Sequence record: SRR22947725_1014
Length of the DNA stretch: 34,439 nt
Strand: one strand, 5' to 3'
Position numbers and translations under genes: made by a program
Shown here: piece by piece, positions 18,234-28,266 of the stretch
Numbering within the stretch: position 1 is the first letter of the stretch
How the letters are laid out: every line of letters begins with the position of its first letter
Notes under the pieces: generated by a model
Told to the model about the DNA's origin: nothing
Database searches by the model: none
The model's input: the letters and a program-made list of their open reading frames with translations, nothing else

Positions 18234-19567
18234 CTATTAAAAGTTAATTTTTTTCCGCTTAAAGTTGAATTAATTAATCCGTTTTCATAAACTAATTTTC
18301 CATTAACAATAGTATGTGTTACTTGAGAATCAAATTGTAAACCCTCAAATGGTGACCAATTACATTTATACAAAATATTTTCTTTATTCACCGTCCATGA
18401 CTTATTCATGTCTATTAAAACCAAATCTGCATAATAGCCTTTTCTTATATAACCTCTTTTTTTTATTTGAAATAGTATTGCAGGATTATGACACATTTTA
18501 GTCACTATTTTTTCAAGAGATATTTTGTTATTCAAATGATGTTGAATCATTGAGACTAAAGCATGCTGTACCAATGGACCGCCAGAGGGACAATCTAAAT
18601 AAGGTTTAGATTTTTCTTCCAATGTATGTGGAGCGTGATCAGTGGCAATCACATCAATTCTATCTTCCAATAAAGAATTCCAAAGCCCCTCCCTATCATT
18701 ATCAGTTTTAATAGCTGGATTCCATTTTATATAAGATTGTTTTTCTTGATAATCTTTATCACTAAACCATAAGTGGTGAACACAAACTTCTGAGGTTATT
18801 TTTTTTTCCTTTAAAGGAATATCATTCTGAAATAACAAAGATTCAGCTTTAGTAGACAAATGAAAAACGTGTAGTCTAGCATTAGTTTCTTTGGCAAGTT
18901 TTATTATTTTTTTTGTTGATTTTAAACAAGCTTCTGCAGACCTTATTTTTGAATGACAGTCAAAAGGAATATTTGAATTATATTTTGTTCTATATTTTTT
19001 TAAATTTTCATTAATGATTTGTTCATCTTCACTATGCACAACAATAATTAAATCAGTGCTTAAAAAAATATCCTTTAAAATTTGTTGATCATCAACTAAC
19101 ATATCACCTGTTGAAGATCCTAAAAATATTTTTAAGGCAGCTACCTCATTTTTATTTACTTTTTTTATTTCATCAAGGTTTGAATTGGTTGCTCCAAACA
19201 TAAATGAATAATTTGCATATGAACTCTTGTCAGCTATTTCAAATTTTTTATTTAATTCTTTGATGGTTGTTGTCTGAGGAACAGTATTAGGCATTTCAAT
19301 AAAAGACGTGATTCCACCAGCTACAGCTGCTTTTGACTCTGAACTTATCGTCGCTTTATGGGTTAAACCGGGTTCTCTAAAATGAACTTGATCATCTATT
19401 AGTCCTGGAATTAAAATTTTTCCTGACGCATCAATAATCTTGCAATCATTTGGTGTTGAAATGCTTGGGCTAATTTGGTTAATTATATCATTTATGATTA
19501 ATAAATCAGATTCAAAAATCTTTTCTTCATTTACAATCGTTGCGTTTTTAATAAGAATTTTTTTCAT
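18230..19567 (-). CDS. pyrC: Dihydroorotase
   Basis: DDQVHFREPG, EMPNT, HVFHLST, KWNP and ATDHAPH. Confidence 0.9.
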   Translation of the reverse strand: MKKILIKNATIVNEEKIFESDLLIINDIINQISPSISTPNDCKIIDASGKILIPGLIDDQVHFREPGLTHKATISSESKAAVAGGITSFIEMPNTVPQTTTIKELNKKFEIADKSSYANYSFMFGATNSNLDEIKKVNKNEVAALKIFLGSSTGDMLVDDQQILKDIFLSTDLIIVVHSEDEQIINENLKKYRTKYNSNIPFDCHSKIRSAEACLKSTKKIIKLAKETNARLHVFHLSTKAESLLFQNDIPLKEKKITSEVCVHHLWFSDKDYQEKQSYIKWNPAIKTDNDREGLWNSLLEDRIDVIATDHAPHTLEEKSKPYLDCPSGGPLVQHALVSMIQHHLNNKISLEKIVTKMCHNPAILFQIKKRGYIRKGYYADLVLIDMNKSWTVNKENILYKCNWSPFEGLQFDSQVTHTIVNGKLVYENGLINSTLSGKKLTFNR

Positions 19568-20289
19568 TATTTATTAAACAAACTTTTAAACCTCATTATA
19601 ATCAAACCAAAAATTGCTTCAAAAATAATATTTCCATTCATCTTAGACTCTCCATAAATTCTATCTTTAAATATAATTGGAATTTCCTGCATTTTAAATT
19701 TTTTCTTAAAAGCTTTAAACTTTAATTCAATTTGAAAAGCATATCCGTTAAACATTATTGAATCTAAATTAATTGCTTTTAAAACCTTTGCTTTATATCC
19801 TACAAATCCAGATGTTGCATCTTTAACTGGCATACCTGTAATAATTCTAGAATAAAAAGAAGCGAAGTAGGAAAGAATAATCCTACTTAAAGGCCAATTA
19901 ACAACATTAATTCCATTAATGTACCTTGAACCAATCACTAAATCAAAATTTGAGATACATAATTCATTATGCAACCTAACCAAGTCAATAGGGTCGTGAG
20001 AAAAGTCAGCATCCATCTCAAAGATATAATTGTAATTATTTTTTAGTGCCCAATTAAATCCATCAGTGTAAGCTTTTCCCAATCCATCTTTATTATCTCT
20101 AGAAAGTAAAAACACTTTTTTAGAATTTTTTAAAGCAAATGATTGTACAAGAAAACCTGTACCGTCTGGTGAATTATCATCAACAATTAAAATATTAAAG
20201 TCTAAAGAAAGTGACAAAACACTCTCAATAATATTAATAATATTATCAGCTTCATTATAAGTCGGTACAATTACAAGAGCTTTAGACAT
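19567..20289 (-). CDS. Polyprenol monophosphomannose synthase-like GT2 (Dpm1 family)
   Basis: VPTYNE, VDDNSPDGT, EMDADFSH, GSRY and DATSGF. Confidence 0.88.
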   Translation of the reverse strand: MSKALVIVPTYNEADNIINIIESVLSLSLDFNILIVDDNSPDGTGFLVQSFALKNSKKVFLLSRDNKDGLGKAYTDGFNWALKNNYNYIFEMDADFSHDPIDLVRLHNELCISNFDLVIGSRYINGINVVNWPLSRIILSYFASFYSRIITGMPVKDATSGFVGYKAKVLKAINLDSIMFNGYAFQIELKFKAFKKKFKMQEIPIIFKDRIYGESKMNGNIIFEAIFGLIIMRFKSLFNK

Positions 20290-20300
20290 TTTATTTTTTA

Positions 20301-20308
20301 CAAAAATA
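20301..20308 (-). promoter_or_regulatory. -7 promoter box upstream of the GT2-pyrC-DUF4296 operon
   Basis: TATTTTTG on the minus strand, 11 nt before the ATG. Confidence 0.5.
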
Positions 20309-20349
20309 CAGATTTAAGAAGTAAATTTAATTAAGGATTAAAATATTAT

Positions 20350-20357
20350 TAATTTTG
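20350..20357 (+). promoter_or_regulatory. -7 promoter box upstream of DUF4271
   Basis: TAATTTTG ending 4 nt before the ATG at 20362. Confidence 0.5.
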
Positions 20358-20361
20358 AACG

Positions 20362-21012
20362 ATGAATGAACTAGAAATCATAGATTTTCCAATTCAAAAT
20401 TGGGTTAAAATAATTATAATTCTAGGAACAGTTCTCATGCTTTTTTCAAGATTATATATTGGAGATAGATTCCAATATTTATTTTCATTTTGGAATATTC
20501 ACCGATACTTTCATTATAAATCTGGAGAAACTATTTCTCTATTTACGCCAAATAATATAACAATGTTTTTTTTAAGAATATTGACCACCTCTTTATTTTT
20601 ATTTATGTTATTTAGAGATAAATATTTGACTGATCAAAAAGAGTTTTTTATTAAACTTTGTATTGGATTAAGCGTTTTGCTAATATTAAAATTTATAATT
20701 GAAAATATATTTTCTTTGATTTTTAAGTTCAAAAAAAAAATAAACGAAGTAAGCAGATACAGAATTGGGATTAAAAATTTATTTTCTGTTCATTTGTATT
20801 TCTTTCTGATAATAATGATTTTTGGTGATTTACCATTAGAAAATATCTACACTATTTCACTTACGTTGTTTTTGATTTATAATGGTCTTTATTTAAAATT
20901 TATTTTAAATAAATACTTAATCAATGGGTTAAAAGCTCTTGTATATTTTATTTTGTACATTTGCACGTTCGAAATCGCACCTATTGCTGGTGTTATTTAT
21001 TTAATTAAATAA
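20362..21012 (+). CDS. DUF4271-like membrane protein
   Basis: Hydrophobic protein with C-terminal YFILYICTFEIAP motif, directly upstream of hemD. Confidence 0.7.
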   Translation: MNELEIIDFPIQNWVKIIIILGTVLMLFSRLYIGDRFQYLFSFWNIHRYFHYKSGETISLFTPNNITMFFLRILTTSLFLFMLFRDKYLTDQKEFFIKLCIGLSVLLILKFIIENIFSLIFKFKKKINEVSRYRIGIKNLFSVHLYFFLIIMIFGDLPLENIYTISLTLFLIYNGLYLKFILNKYLINGLKALVYFILYICTFEIAPIAGVIYLIK

Positions 21013-21023
21013 TAATAGTATTT

Positions 21024-21770
21024 ATGAAAGTTAAATCAATTTTAGTTTCACAACCTGCCCCAACTATTGAAAATTCACCTTATATAACTTTAAAGAAAAA
21101 AAGAAAAGTTAAAATAGATTTTATTCCTTTTATTCATGTTGAAGGAATGACGGCAAGAGAAGTTAGACATCAAAAAATTGATTTATCAAAATTTTCAGCT
21201 ATTATTTTAACTAGTAGAAACGCCATTGATCATTTTTTTAGAGTTGCAGAAGAAATGAGATTTCCGATTCCAAACGCTCTTAAATATTTTTGTTTATCTG
21301 AAGCTGTTGCATTTTATCTTCAAAAATATGTTGTTTACAGAAAAAGAAAAATATATGTAGGTGGAAGAACTTTTGAAGATCTTTCAGTTCAAATAGAAAA
21401 ATACAATGAAGAGAGTTACTTAGTTCCAAGTGCTGACGTGTTATCTCCAGCAATTCCAAAAAAACTTGATGAACTTGGAGTTAGATGGACTCAAGGAACG
21501 TTCTACAAAACAAAAATTAGCGATTTATCCAGTTTAAAAGATGTTTACTTTGATATTTTAGTTTTTTTCAGTCCATCTGGAATAGAATCTTTGCTTTCTA
21601 ACTTTCCTGACTTTAAACAAAATGACACTAGAATAGCGGTTTTTGGTAAAACGACAGTAAAAGCAGCTGAAAAAGCTGGATTAAGAATTGATATTTTAGC
21701 GCCTACACCTAAAGTCCCTTCAATGTCTAAAGCATTAGACATGTACATCGAAAAAGCAAATAAAAAATAA
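21024..21770 (+). CDS. hemD: Uroporphyrinogen-III synthase (Bacteroidota type)
   Basis: MKVKSILVSQP, LTSRNAIDHFF and FFSPSGI. Confidence 0.85.
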   Translation: MKVKSILVSQPAPTIENSPYITLKKKRKVKIDFIPFIHVEGMTAREVRHQKIDLSKFSAIILTSRNAIDHFFRVAEEMRFPIPNALKYFCLSEAVAFYLQKYVVYRKRKIYVGGRTFEDLSVQIEKYNEESYLVPSADVLSPAIPKKLDELGVRWTQGTFYKTKISDLSSLKDVYFDILVFFSPSGIESLLSNFPDFKQNDTRIAVFGKTTVKAAEKAGLRIDILAPTPKVPSMSKALDMYIEKANKK

Positions 21771-21771
21771 A

Positions 21772-22347
21772 TTAAGCTTCTATTTTACTTTTAAAAGTTT
21801 TAACAAACCCATCAAAATCTTCTTGAGATTTAATGTTCTTGTAATTATCATCTTTAAAAAGATGCAAATAAATTTCAATTTGCTTAGGATTCAAATAACC
21901 CTTAACAGGACTAATATAGTTCATTTGAGAATCAAAAAATAAAGTTGAGGGATAAGCATTAATTCCTAAAAATCTAGTGAATTCATGAGAAGAATTTCTC
22001 TTTTGAGATCTACTTTCATCATAATTTGGATTTGTAAAAGTTTTATTCATGAAATTAACTTTTTCATCTCCTTCGGCGTTAAATTTGACGGCATAATAAT
22101 TACTGTTAATGTAATCAACAATTTCAGGATTGCTAAAGGTATTTTTATCCATCAACTTACAAGGACCACACCAGTTAGTGTAAACATCAATAATAACGTT
22201 TTTAGGGTTGGTTTTCTGTAATTCTACTACTTTCTCCAAAGTCACCCAATTTATCTCTTGAGCTTGGATATTAAAGCATACAAAAACAAAAAATACTATT
22301 GAATATATTTTATATAATTTCAGATTAATGTAACTTTTATTCTGCAT
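21772..22347 (-). CDS. Exported thioredoxin-fold protein
   Basis: WCGPC, AVKFNAE and cis-Pro AYPS; signal-like N-terminus. Start uncertain. Confidence 0.85.
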   Translation of the reverse strand: MQNKSYINLKLYKIYSIVFFVFVCFNIQAQEINWVTLEKVVELQKTNPKNVIIDVYTNWCGPCKLMDKNTFSNPEIVDYINSNYYAVKFNAEGDEKVNFMNKTFTNPNYDESRSQKRNSSHEFTRFLGINAYPSTLFFDSQMNYISPVKGYLNPKQIEIYLHLFKDDNYKNIKSQEDFDGFVKTFKSKIEA

Positions 22348-23836
22348 TATGAACTAGTCGTTTTAGTGGCTTAATAATTAGTATTACCAATACACCAAAA
22401 ATTGTGCAAAAAATTGTAATTCCTGTAAAAGTCCAAAAATCACCTGCTTCAGAAGCGTTTTCACCAATTAGTCCAGCAACTTTATTTCCTAGTCCTGTTG
22501 CTGCAAAATATGCGCCCATCATAAAAGCTCCCCACCTAGCAGGGGCTAATTTAGTTATAAATGAAAGTGCTACTGGAGATGCACATAACTCACCAATAGT
22601 GTGAAATAAATAAGCTAACATAAGCCAGTACATAGCAGATTTTTGAGTAATCTCACCTGCAGCATTATACGATACTTCGTTAGATGCTAGTGACATAAAT
22701 GAAAATCCTAAGCCCATAATAATAACTCCCACTGCCATTTTAAAAATAGATGAATGTTCATAACCTCTTTTTTTCCACCAGATCCAAAAAGACCCAACTA
22801 AAGTGGCAAAAATTAATATGTAAGTTGCGTTTGCAGACTGAAACCAACTTGCTGGAACCATAAAACTACCTAAAGCTAAATCAGTTTTTTGGGATGCATA
22901 AATGTTCATTAAGCCACCGGCCTGTTCAAAAGCTCCCCAAAACACAATAACAATAAGAAAAGCCAAATACGTAACTAAAATTCTGTCTTTTTCAATTTTA
23001 TTACCATCATTGTAAACTACTATTGCAAATCCAACAGCAAAAGCAATTCCTATTAACAATAATCCATAACTCCAATCTCCGCTGTATCCCAAATAGACTC
23101 CCAACAAAGCAGTCAAACTAAATCCAATTAATGAATTAGATTTTTTAAAAATTTGTAAAAATAAATTAGAAGATTCATTGTCTGTTTTATCTAACTCTAT
23201 TTTATTACCAACGTGAACTAAATATTTTTGACCTTTCCAGTAAACAAATTGACCTATTAACATCCCAACTCCAGCCAAACCAAAACCATAATGCCAATTA
23301 TAAACTTCTCCAACATATCCTACCAAAATTGCTGAAACAGCTGCACCCACGTTAATTCCCATATAAAAAATATAAAAACCCATGTCTCTCTTATCAATAT
23401 CCTTATCACCATAAAGACCTCCAACCATAGTAGAAATATTTCCTTTTAAACATCCAACACCTAAAACAATAAATGTAAGTCCAGTATAAAAAGCCCATAA
23501 TGCTTCAACAGCTAAAATACCATGGCCAAAACATAACAAAAGACCTCCAACCATAACAGATTTTCTTTGACCTAAAAATCTATCTGCTAAAATTCCCCCA
23601 GGAATCGTTGCCAAATAGACAAACATAGTATACCAACCATATAAAGCAATTGCAGAACCATCACTCCATCCCATTCCTGGATTGTCTCCTCCAGTCTCTG
23701 AAACTAAATACAAAACAAGAATTGCTCTCATTCCATAATAGCTAAATCGTTCCCATAACTCAGTAAAAAATAATACAAAAAGTCCTATTGGGTGTCCAAA
23801 AAGTGTCTTGTGATGTAATTCAATTTGATTGCTCAT
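22337..23836 (-). CDS. POT/PTR family proton-dependent oligopeptide MFS transporter
   Basis: ExxERFxYY motif (ELWERFSYYGMR), FYMGINVG, FEQAG and GELCASP. Confidence 0.92.
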   Translation of the reverse strand: MSNQIELHHKTLFGHPIGLFVLFFTELWERFSYYGMRAILVLYLVSETGGDNPGMGWSDGSAIALYGWYTMFVYLATIPGGILADRFLGQRKSVMVGGLLLCFGHGILAVEALWAFYTGLTFIVLGVGCLKGNISTMVGGLYGDKDIDKRDMGFYIFYMGINVGAAVSAILVGYVGEVYNWHYGFGLAGVGMLIGQFVYWKGQKYLVHVGNKIELDKTDNESSNLFLQIFKKSNSLIGFSLTALLGVYLGYSGDWSYGLLLIGIAFAVGFAIVVYNDGNKIEKDRILVTYLAFLIVIVFWGAFEQAGGLMNIYASQKTDLALGSFMVPASWFQSANATYILIFATLVGSFWIWWKKRGYEHSSIFKMAVGVIIMGLGFSFMSLASNEVSYNAAGEITQKSAMYWLMLAYLFHTIGELCASPVALSFITKLAPARWGAFMMGAYFAATGLGNKVAGLIGENASEAGDFWTFTGITIFCTIFGVLVILIIKPLKRLVHNAE

Positions 23837-23840
23837 AATT

Positions 23841-24467
23841 TTATTTAATATTAATTATTTTCTTTCCGTGATAAAATTTACCATTTGTAAGAGTGTGTAA
23901 GCTTTCAAAATTCTCAAAAGTTATTCCCCCTGCTATAATAATTTCAAATCTATCGGGTACTAAAACTAACATTTTTTTTAGAGTTTCAACGGCATTTATT
24001 GCAAAACGCTCACCTCCAGATGTTAATACACCATTTATATTAGAATTTTTAGAGATTAAAGACAAAGAATCTAAAACCGAGCTAGTAGAATCTATGGCTT
24101 TATGTATAATGACATCTAACGGTTTTGAAATTTTCGATAGTCTATTTATTTGATCCATTTGAAAATCAGAATTCTTATTCAGGCATCCAAACACTACACC
24201 ATCTACTCCAATTCTTTTACAAAATTCAATATCATCAATCATAGTATTTATTTCATCTTCGGAATACTCAAAAGATGGATGCTTTGGTCTTATCATCACT
24301 CTTATTGGGATTTTTAAAACTGAAAATGCATTAATGATTAATTCTCTTGAGGGAGTTAACCCGTCTAAATCTAATCTTCCACATAGCTCAATTCTATTGG
24401 CTCCATTTTTTTCAGCTTTTAAAGCTTCCTCTAATGAATCAACACAAACTTCTTTAATAATTTGCAT
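23841..24467 (-). CDS. cutC: CutC-family TIM-barrel protein
   Basis: EVCVDS, GANRIELC, GLTPS, VMIRP, HKAID, LTSGG and AGGI. Confidence 0.9.
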   Translation of the reverse strand: MQIIKEVCVDSLEEALKAEKNGANRIELCGRLDLDGLTPSRELIINAFSVLKIPIRVMIRPKHPSFEYSEDEINTMIDDIEFCKRIGVDGVVFGCLNKNSDFQMDQINRLSKISKPLDVIIHKAIDSTSSVLDSLSLISKNSNINGVLTSGGERFAINAVETLKKMLVLVPDRFEIIIAGGITFENFESLHTLTNGKFYHGKKIINIK

Positions 24468-24480
24468 TTAAGAAATATAA

Positions 24481-26385
24481 CTAAAAATGATATCTTTTAA
24501 AAGTTTCGATTGCAGTGTAATCAGACATACCAATATCTCTAAATTTTTTAGCTATGGCTCGATTTCGATCCTCAGTCCTGACCCAAAATTCTCTATTATC
24601 GTCACCCTGAAACATAACGTTATCTTTTTGAGTTTGATGATAGAATATGGCTTTTCGTTTTCTTAACACTTGATTTGGACTCATTGGAACTGCCATATCA
24701 ATAAGATGAATTGGCCATTCATGCCAAGCTCCTCTATATAACCAGACCCAACAATCTTTCATAAAGGGTTTATTTTTAATATCATCTAAAACACTAAGTA
24801 AAATATCTAAACAAACTTTGTGAGTACCGTGAGGATCAGCCAAATCCCCAGCTGCATAAATTTGATGAGGTTTCAAATTGCTAATAATATCTTTTGTAAT
24901 TTCAAAATCCTTTTTTTCTGGGGGGTTTTTCTTAACAGTACCCGTTTCATAGAAAGGCAATTTCAAAAAATGAACTTGCGAATCTGGGATTCCAAAAAAT
25001 CTTGTAGCAGCAAGAGATTCTTTTTCTCTAATAATTCCAGCAATTTTTCTTACTTCAGGATGATTTAAAATTTCGTTATTATCTTTTAAAATTTCTATGA
25101 GATTTTTGTTTTCACATTTAGAATTAGGAAATGCTGAACTTGTAACTTCTAAAAACTTTAGAACGTCAGAATTATTCACTGCGATATTTCCTGATGTTTG
25201 ATAAACTATATGGACTTCATGACCCTGGGAAACTAATCTGTCGAAAGTACCACCCATAGAAATTACGTCATCATCCGGATGCGGGCTAAAAATCAATACT
25301 CTTTTTTTTGCTGGTTTTGATCTTTCAGGTCTGACCTTGTCATCAGAATAGGGTTTTCCTCCTGGCCATCCTGTAATTGATCTATGTAATCTTTTATAAA
25401 AATCAAGGTTTAAATCATAGTATGATTTGGAAAATAGTAGTTCTGAAAGATTATTTTCATTATAATCAGACTCCGTTAAATTTAAAATTGATTTTCCAGT
25501 TTGTTTACAAAGCCATGCAACCGCTTTAGCTTTTAATTCCTCATCCCAATCACATGATCCTGTACGCCATGGTGATTTTATTCTTGTCAAATCTTCTGAA
25601 GCTGACTCGTCTAATACAAATGTTACATTATTATGTTTTTGCAGAAAACTAGAGGGAATATTAGAATCAATTTCACCTTCTATTGCTTTTTGCACAACCG
25701 TTGATTTATTATTTCCCCAGGCCATTAAAACAATTCTTTTAGATTTTCTAATGGTTCTAATTCCCATTGTAATTGCAGTATTAGGAACGTTTTCAATGCC
25801 GTAAAACGATTTTCTAGCATCATTTCTTGTCATATAATCTAAATGAACTAACCTAGTTAAAGAATTATAATTAGAACCTGGCTCATTAAATCCAATATGA
25901 CCAGTTCTACCAATCCCCAGTAATTGAAAATCTATACCCCCAGAATCAACAATTTGTTTTTCATATTTGATACAATAATCATTAATTTTTTCTTTTTGAA
26001 TTGTCCCATCAGGAATATGAATATTTTTCTTTTCTATGTCAATATGATCAAATAAATGTATTCCCATAAAATGATGATAACTATTAATATCATTTTTTTT
26101 CATAGGGTAATACTCATCAAGATTAAAAGTTATAACATTTTTAAAACTTAAATTTTCTTCTTTATGCATTCTTACTAATTCCTGATAAACAGAAATTGGA
26201 GATGAACCAGTAGCTAAACCTAAAACACAATTTTTATTTTGCTTTTGTTTTTTTATTATTAAATCTGCAATTTCTTTAGCTACAATTTTTGAAGCCTCTT
26301 TTGAGTCGTTAAAAATCACACTATGAATTTTTTCAAATCTAGTTTGTTCTAATGCACCAGTTGATTTATGACTTATATTCATCAA
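24481..26385 (-). CDS. nagB: Glucosamine-6-phosphate deaminase fused to a C-terminal PIG-L/LmbE deacetylase domain
   Basis: NagB part: GLATGSSP, FNLDEY, GHIGFNEPG. PIG-L part: SPHPDDD, DPHGTH. Confidence 0.9.
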   Translation of the reverse strand: MMNISHKSTGALEQTRFEKIHSVIFNDSKEASKIVAKEIADLIIKKQKQNKNCVLGLATGSSPISVYQELVRMHKEENLSFKNVITFNLDEYYPMKKNDINSYHHFMGIHLFDHIDIEKKNIHIPDGTIQKEKINDYCIKYEKQIVDSGGIDFQLLGIGRTGHIGFNEPGSNYNSLTRLVHLDYMTRNDARKSFYGIENVPNTAITMGIRTIRKSKRIVLMAWGNNKSTVVQKAIEGEIDSNIPSSFLQKHNNVTFVLDESASEDLTRIKSPWRTGSCDWDEELKAKAVAWLCKQTGKSILNLTESDYNENNLSELLFSKSYYDLNLDFYKRLHRSITGWPGGKPYSDDKVRPERSKPAKKRVLIFSPHPDDDVISMGGTFDRLVSQGHEVHIVYQTSGNIAVNNSDVLKFLEVTSSAFPNSKCENKNLIEILKDNNEILNHPEVRKIAGIIREKESLAATRFFGIPDSQVHFLKLPFYETGTVKKNPPEKKDFEITKDIISNLKPHQIYAAGDLADPHGTHKVCLDILLSVLDDIKNKPFMKDCWVWLYRGAWHEWPIHLIDMAVPMSPNQVLRKRKAIFYHQTQKDNVMFQGDDNREFWVRTEDRNRAIAKKFRDIGMSDYTAIETFKRYHF

Positions 26386-28196
26386 TTCAATTTTTTAAGT
26401 TTATTCCAATTGTACTTTAAACCCCAAGAAAACACAATAGCTATTGTTAAAAATGAAATTCCGTCATTTATTTGACCATAAATAAAATATCCTGTTGAAA
26501 ACAAAAGGGAGTATATAGCAAAAGATCCACATAACATACAAAGTATTCCTAATGGGACTGACCATGTTTCATTATCACCAGCTTTATTAAAGGATATATT
26601 TTGGCTTTTAGCTTCATTTTTAATTTTGTTCCATCCTGGCCCGCCTGGATTGGTTTTTTTATAGAAATTAATTAAAGATTCTGTAGTATCTGGTTTAGTT
26701 AAAAAAGTTACTAAAACCCATATTATGGTAGTAAACAAAACAACTGCAGGAAATTTATAATAACTTGGATACATTCCAACATCAGAAAACAACGTGTCTC
26801 CTAAAGAAGAAAAATTTAAAATAATAGAAATAAACCCTGAAACGAACATAGCTGAGATTTCACTCCAAGCGTTTATTCTCCACCAAAACCATCTTAAAAT
26901 AAAAATAAGACCTGTTCCAGCGCCAAACATTAAAATAACGTCAAATAACTGAAGGGCATTTGTTAATAATAAAGCAAAAACAGCACTAAGAACAAATAAG
27001 CTTACTGTTGAAATCCTTCCAATATTAACAAGTTCTTTTTCACTGGCATGCTTATTAACCTGCTGTTTATAAAAATCATTTACAATATATGATGACCCCC
27101 AGTTTAAATGGGTAGAAATTGTTGACATATATGCTGCGCCAAGAGAAGCTACAACTATTCCTAAAAGTCCAGAAGGCAATTTTGTAAGCATAGCTGGATA
27201 AGCTAAATCTTGACCTAACTTATCAGCAGATATATTAGGAAAAGCTTCTTGAATACTTGCTAAATCTGGAAAAATAACTAAAGATGCTAAAGCAACAATT
27301 ATCCATGGCCAAGGTCTTAATGCATAGTGCATAACATTAAAGAAAAAAGTAGCACCAATTGCATGATTTTCATTTTTTGCAGCCAACATTCTTTGAGCAA
27401 TATAACCGCCTCCACCAGGCTCAGCACCAGGATACCATGAACTCCACCACTGAACAGCCAGAGGGACTATAAGTAATGGAATATAAACATCCGGATTGTC
27501 AAAACTTGGTACAATAGATAGTTTTCCTGAAACATTTTCGTTTAGCATTAAATTAGACAAACCACCAACCTCGGGTAAATTAACTAAATAATATGCTGCA
27601 CCAACAGAGCCAATCATAGCTACAAAAAAGAGTATAAAATCAGTGTATACTACGCCTCTAAACCCTCCTACGGTACTAAAAATTACTGTGATAGAACCTG
27701 CATATAAAATAGTTTCCATCGGATCTAACCCTAACATAATCTCTCCAATTTTTATTGCTGCAAGTGTAACTCCAGCCATAGCCATCACATTAAAAATAAC
27801 GCCTAAATAAATTGCTCTAAATCCTCTTAAAAACTTACCTCCCCAACCACTATACCTTAGTTCATAAAACTCCATGTCAGTGGAAACATTTGACCTACGC
27901 CAAAGTTTTGCATAAACAAAAACTGTTAAAAGACCTGTGAAGAGAAACGCCCACCATACCCAATTCCCTGAAACTCCATTATTTCTAACAATATCAGTTA
28001 CCAGATTGGGTGTGTCTGTTGAAAATGTTGTTGCAACCATTGAAATTCCCAACAACCACCATGGCATATTTCTTCCAGATAAAAAATATTCACTAGAACT
28101 TGAAGAAGATTTTTTTGATACATAAAACCCTATGTATAGAGTTAAGGTAAAGAATCCTATTATTATTGAAATATCGAGAAAGGAAAGGTCTATCAT
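26382..28196 (-). CDS. Sodium:solute symporter family transporter
   Basis: YFLSGRNMPWWLLGISMVATTFSTDTP, YIAQRMLAAK and AAYMSTISTHLNWG; many TM helices. Confidence 0.9.
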   Translation of the reverse strand: MIDLSFLDISIIIGFFTLTLYIGFYVSKKSSSSSSEYFLSGRNMPWWLLGISMVATTFSTDTPNLVTDIVRNNGVSGNWVWWAFLFTGLLTVFVYAKLWRRSNVSTDMEFYELRYSGWGGKFLRGFRAIYLGVIFNVMAMAGVTLAAIKIGEIMLGLDPMETILYAGSITVIFSTVGGFRGVVYTDFILFFVAMIGSVGAAYYLVNLPEVGGLSNLMLNENVSGKLSIVPSFDNPDVYIPLLIVPLAVQWWSSWYPGAEPGGGGYIAQRMLAAKNENHAIGATFFFNVMHYALRPWPWIIVALASLVIFPDLASIQEAFPNISADKLGQDLAYPAMLTKLPSGLLGIVVASLGAAYMSTISTHLNWGSSYIVNDFYKQQVNKHASEKELVNIGRISTVSLFVLSAVFALLLTNALQLFDVILMFGAGTGLIFILRWFWWRINAWSEISAMFVSGFISIILNFSSLGDTLFSDVGMYPSYYKFPAVVLFTTIIWVLVTFLTKPDTTESLINFYKKTNPGGPGWNKIKNEAKSQNISFNKAGDNETWSVPLGILCMLCGSFAIYSLLFSTGYFIYGQINDGISFLTIAIVFSWGLKYNWNKLKKLN

Positions 28197-28266
28197 AAGT
28201 TAATTGTTACATAAATTTAATAATTATTATTTTTCTATTCTTTTTTAATAGATTAAAAGAGAATAA

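Noticed and set aside
18230..19567. Inactive dihydroorotase because of DDQVH instead of DxHxH
   Set aside because: To my knowledge this Gln variant is usual in this Bacteroidota subgroup, and the other metal and catalytic motifs are intact.
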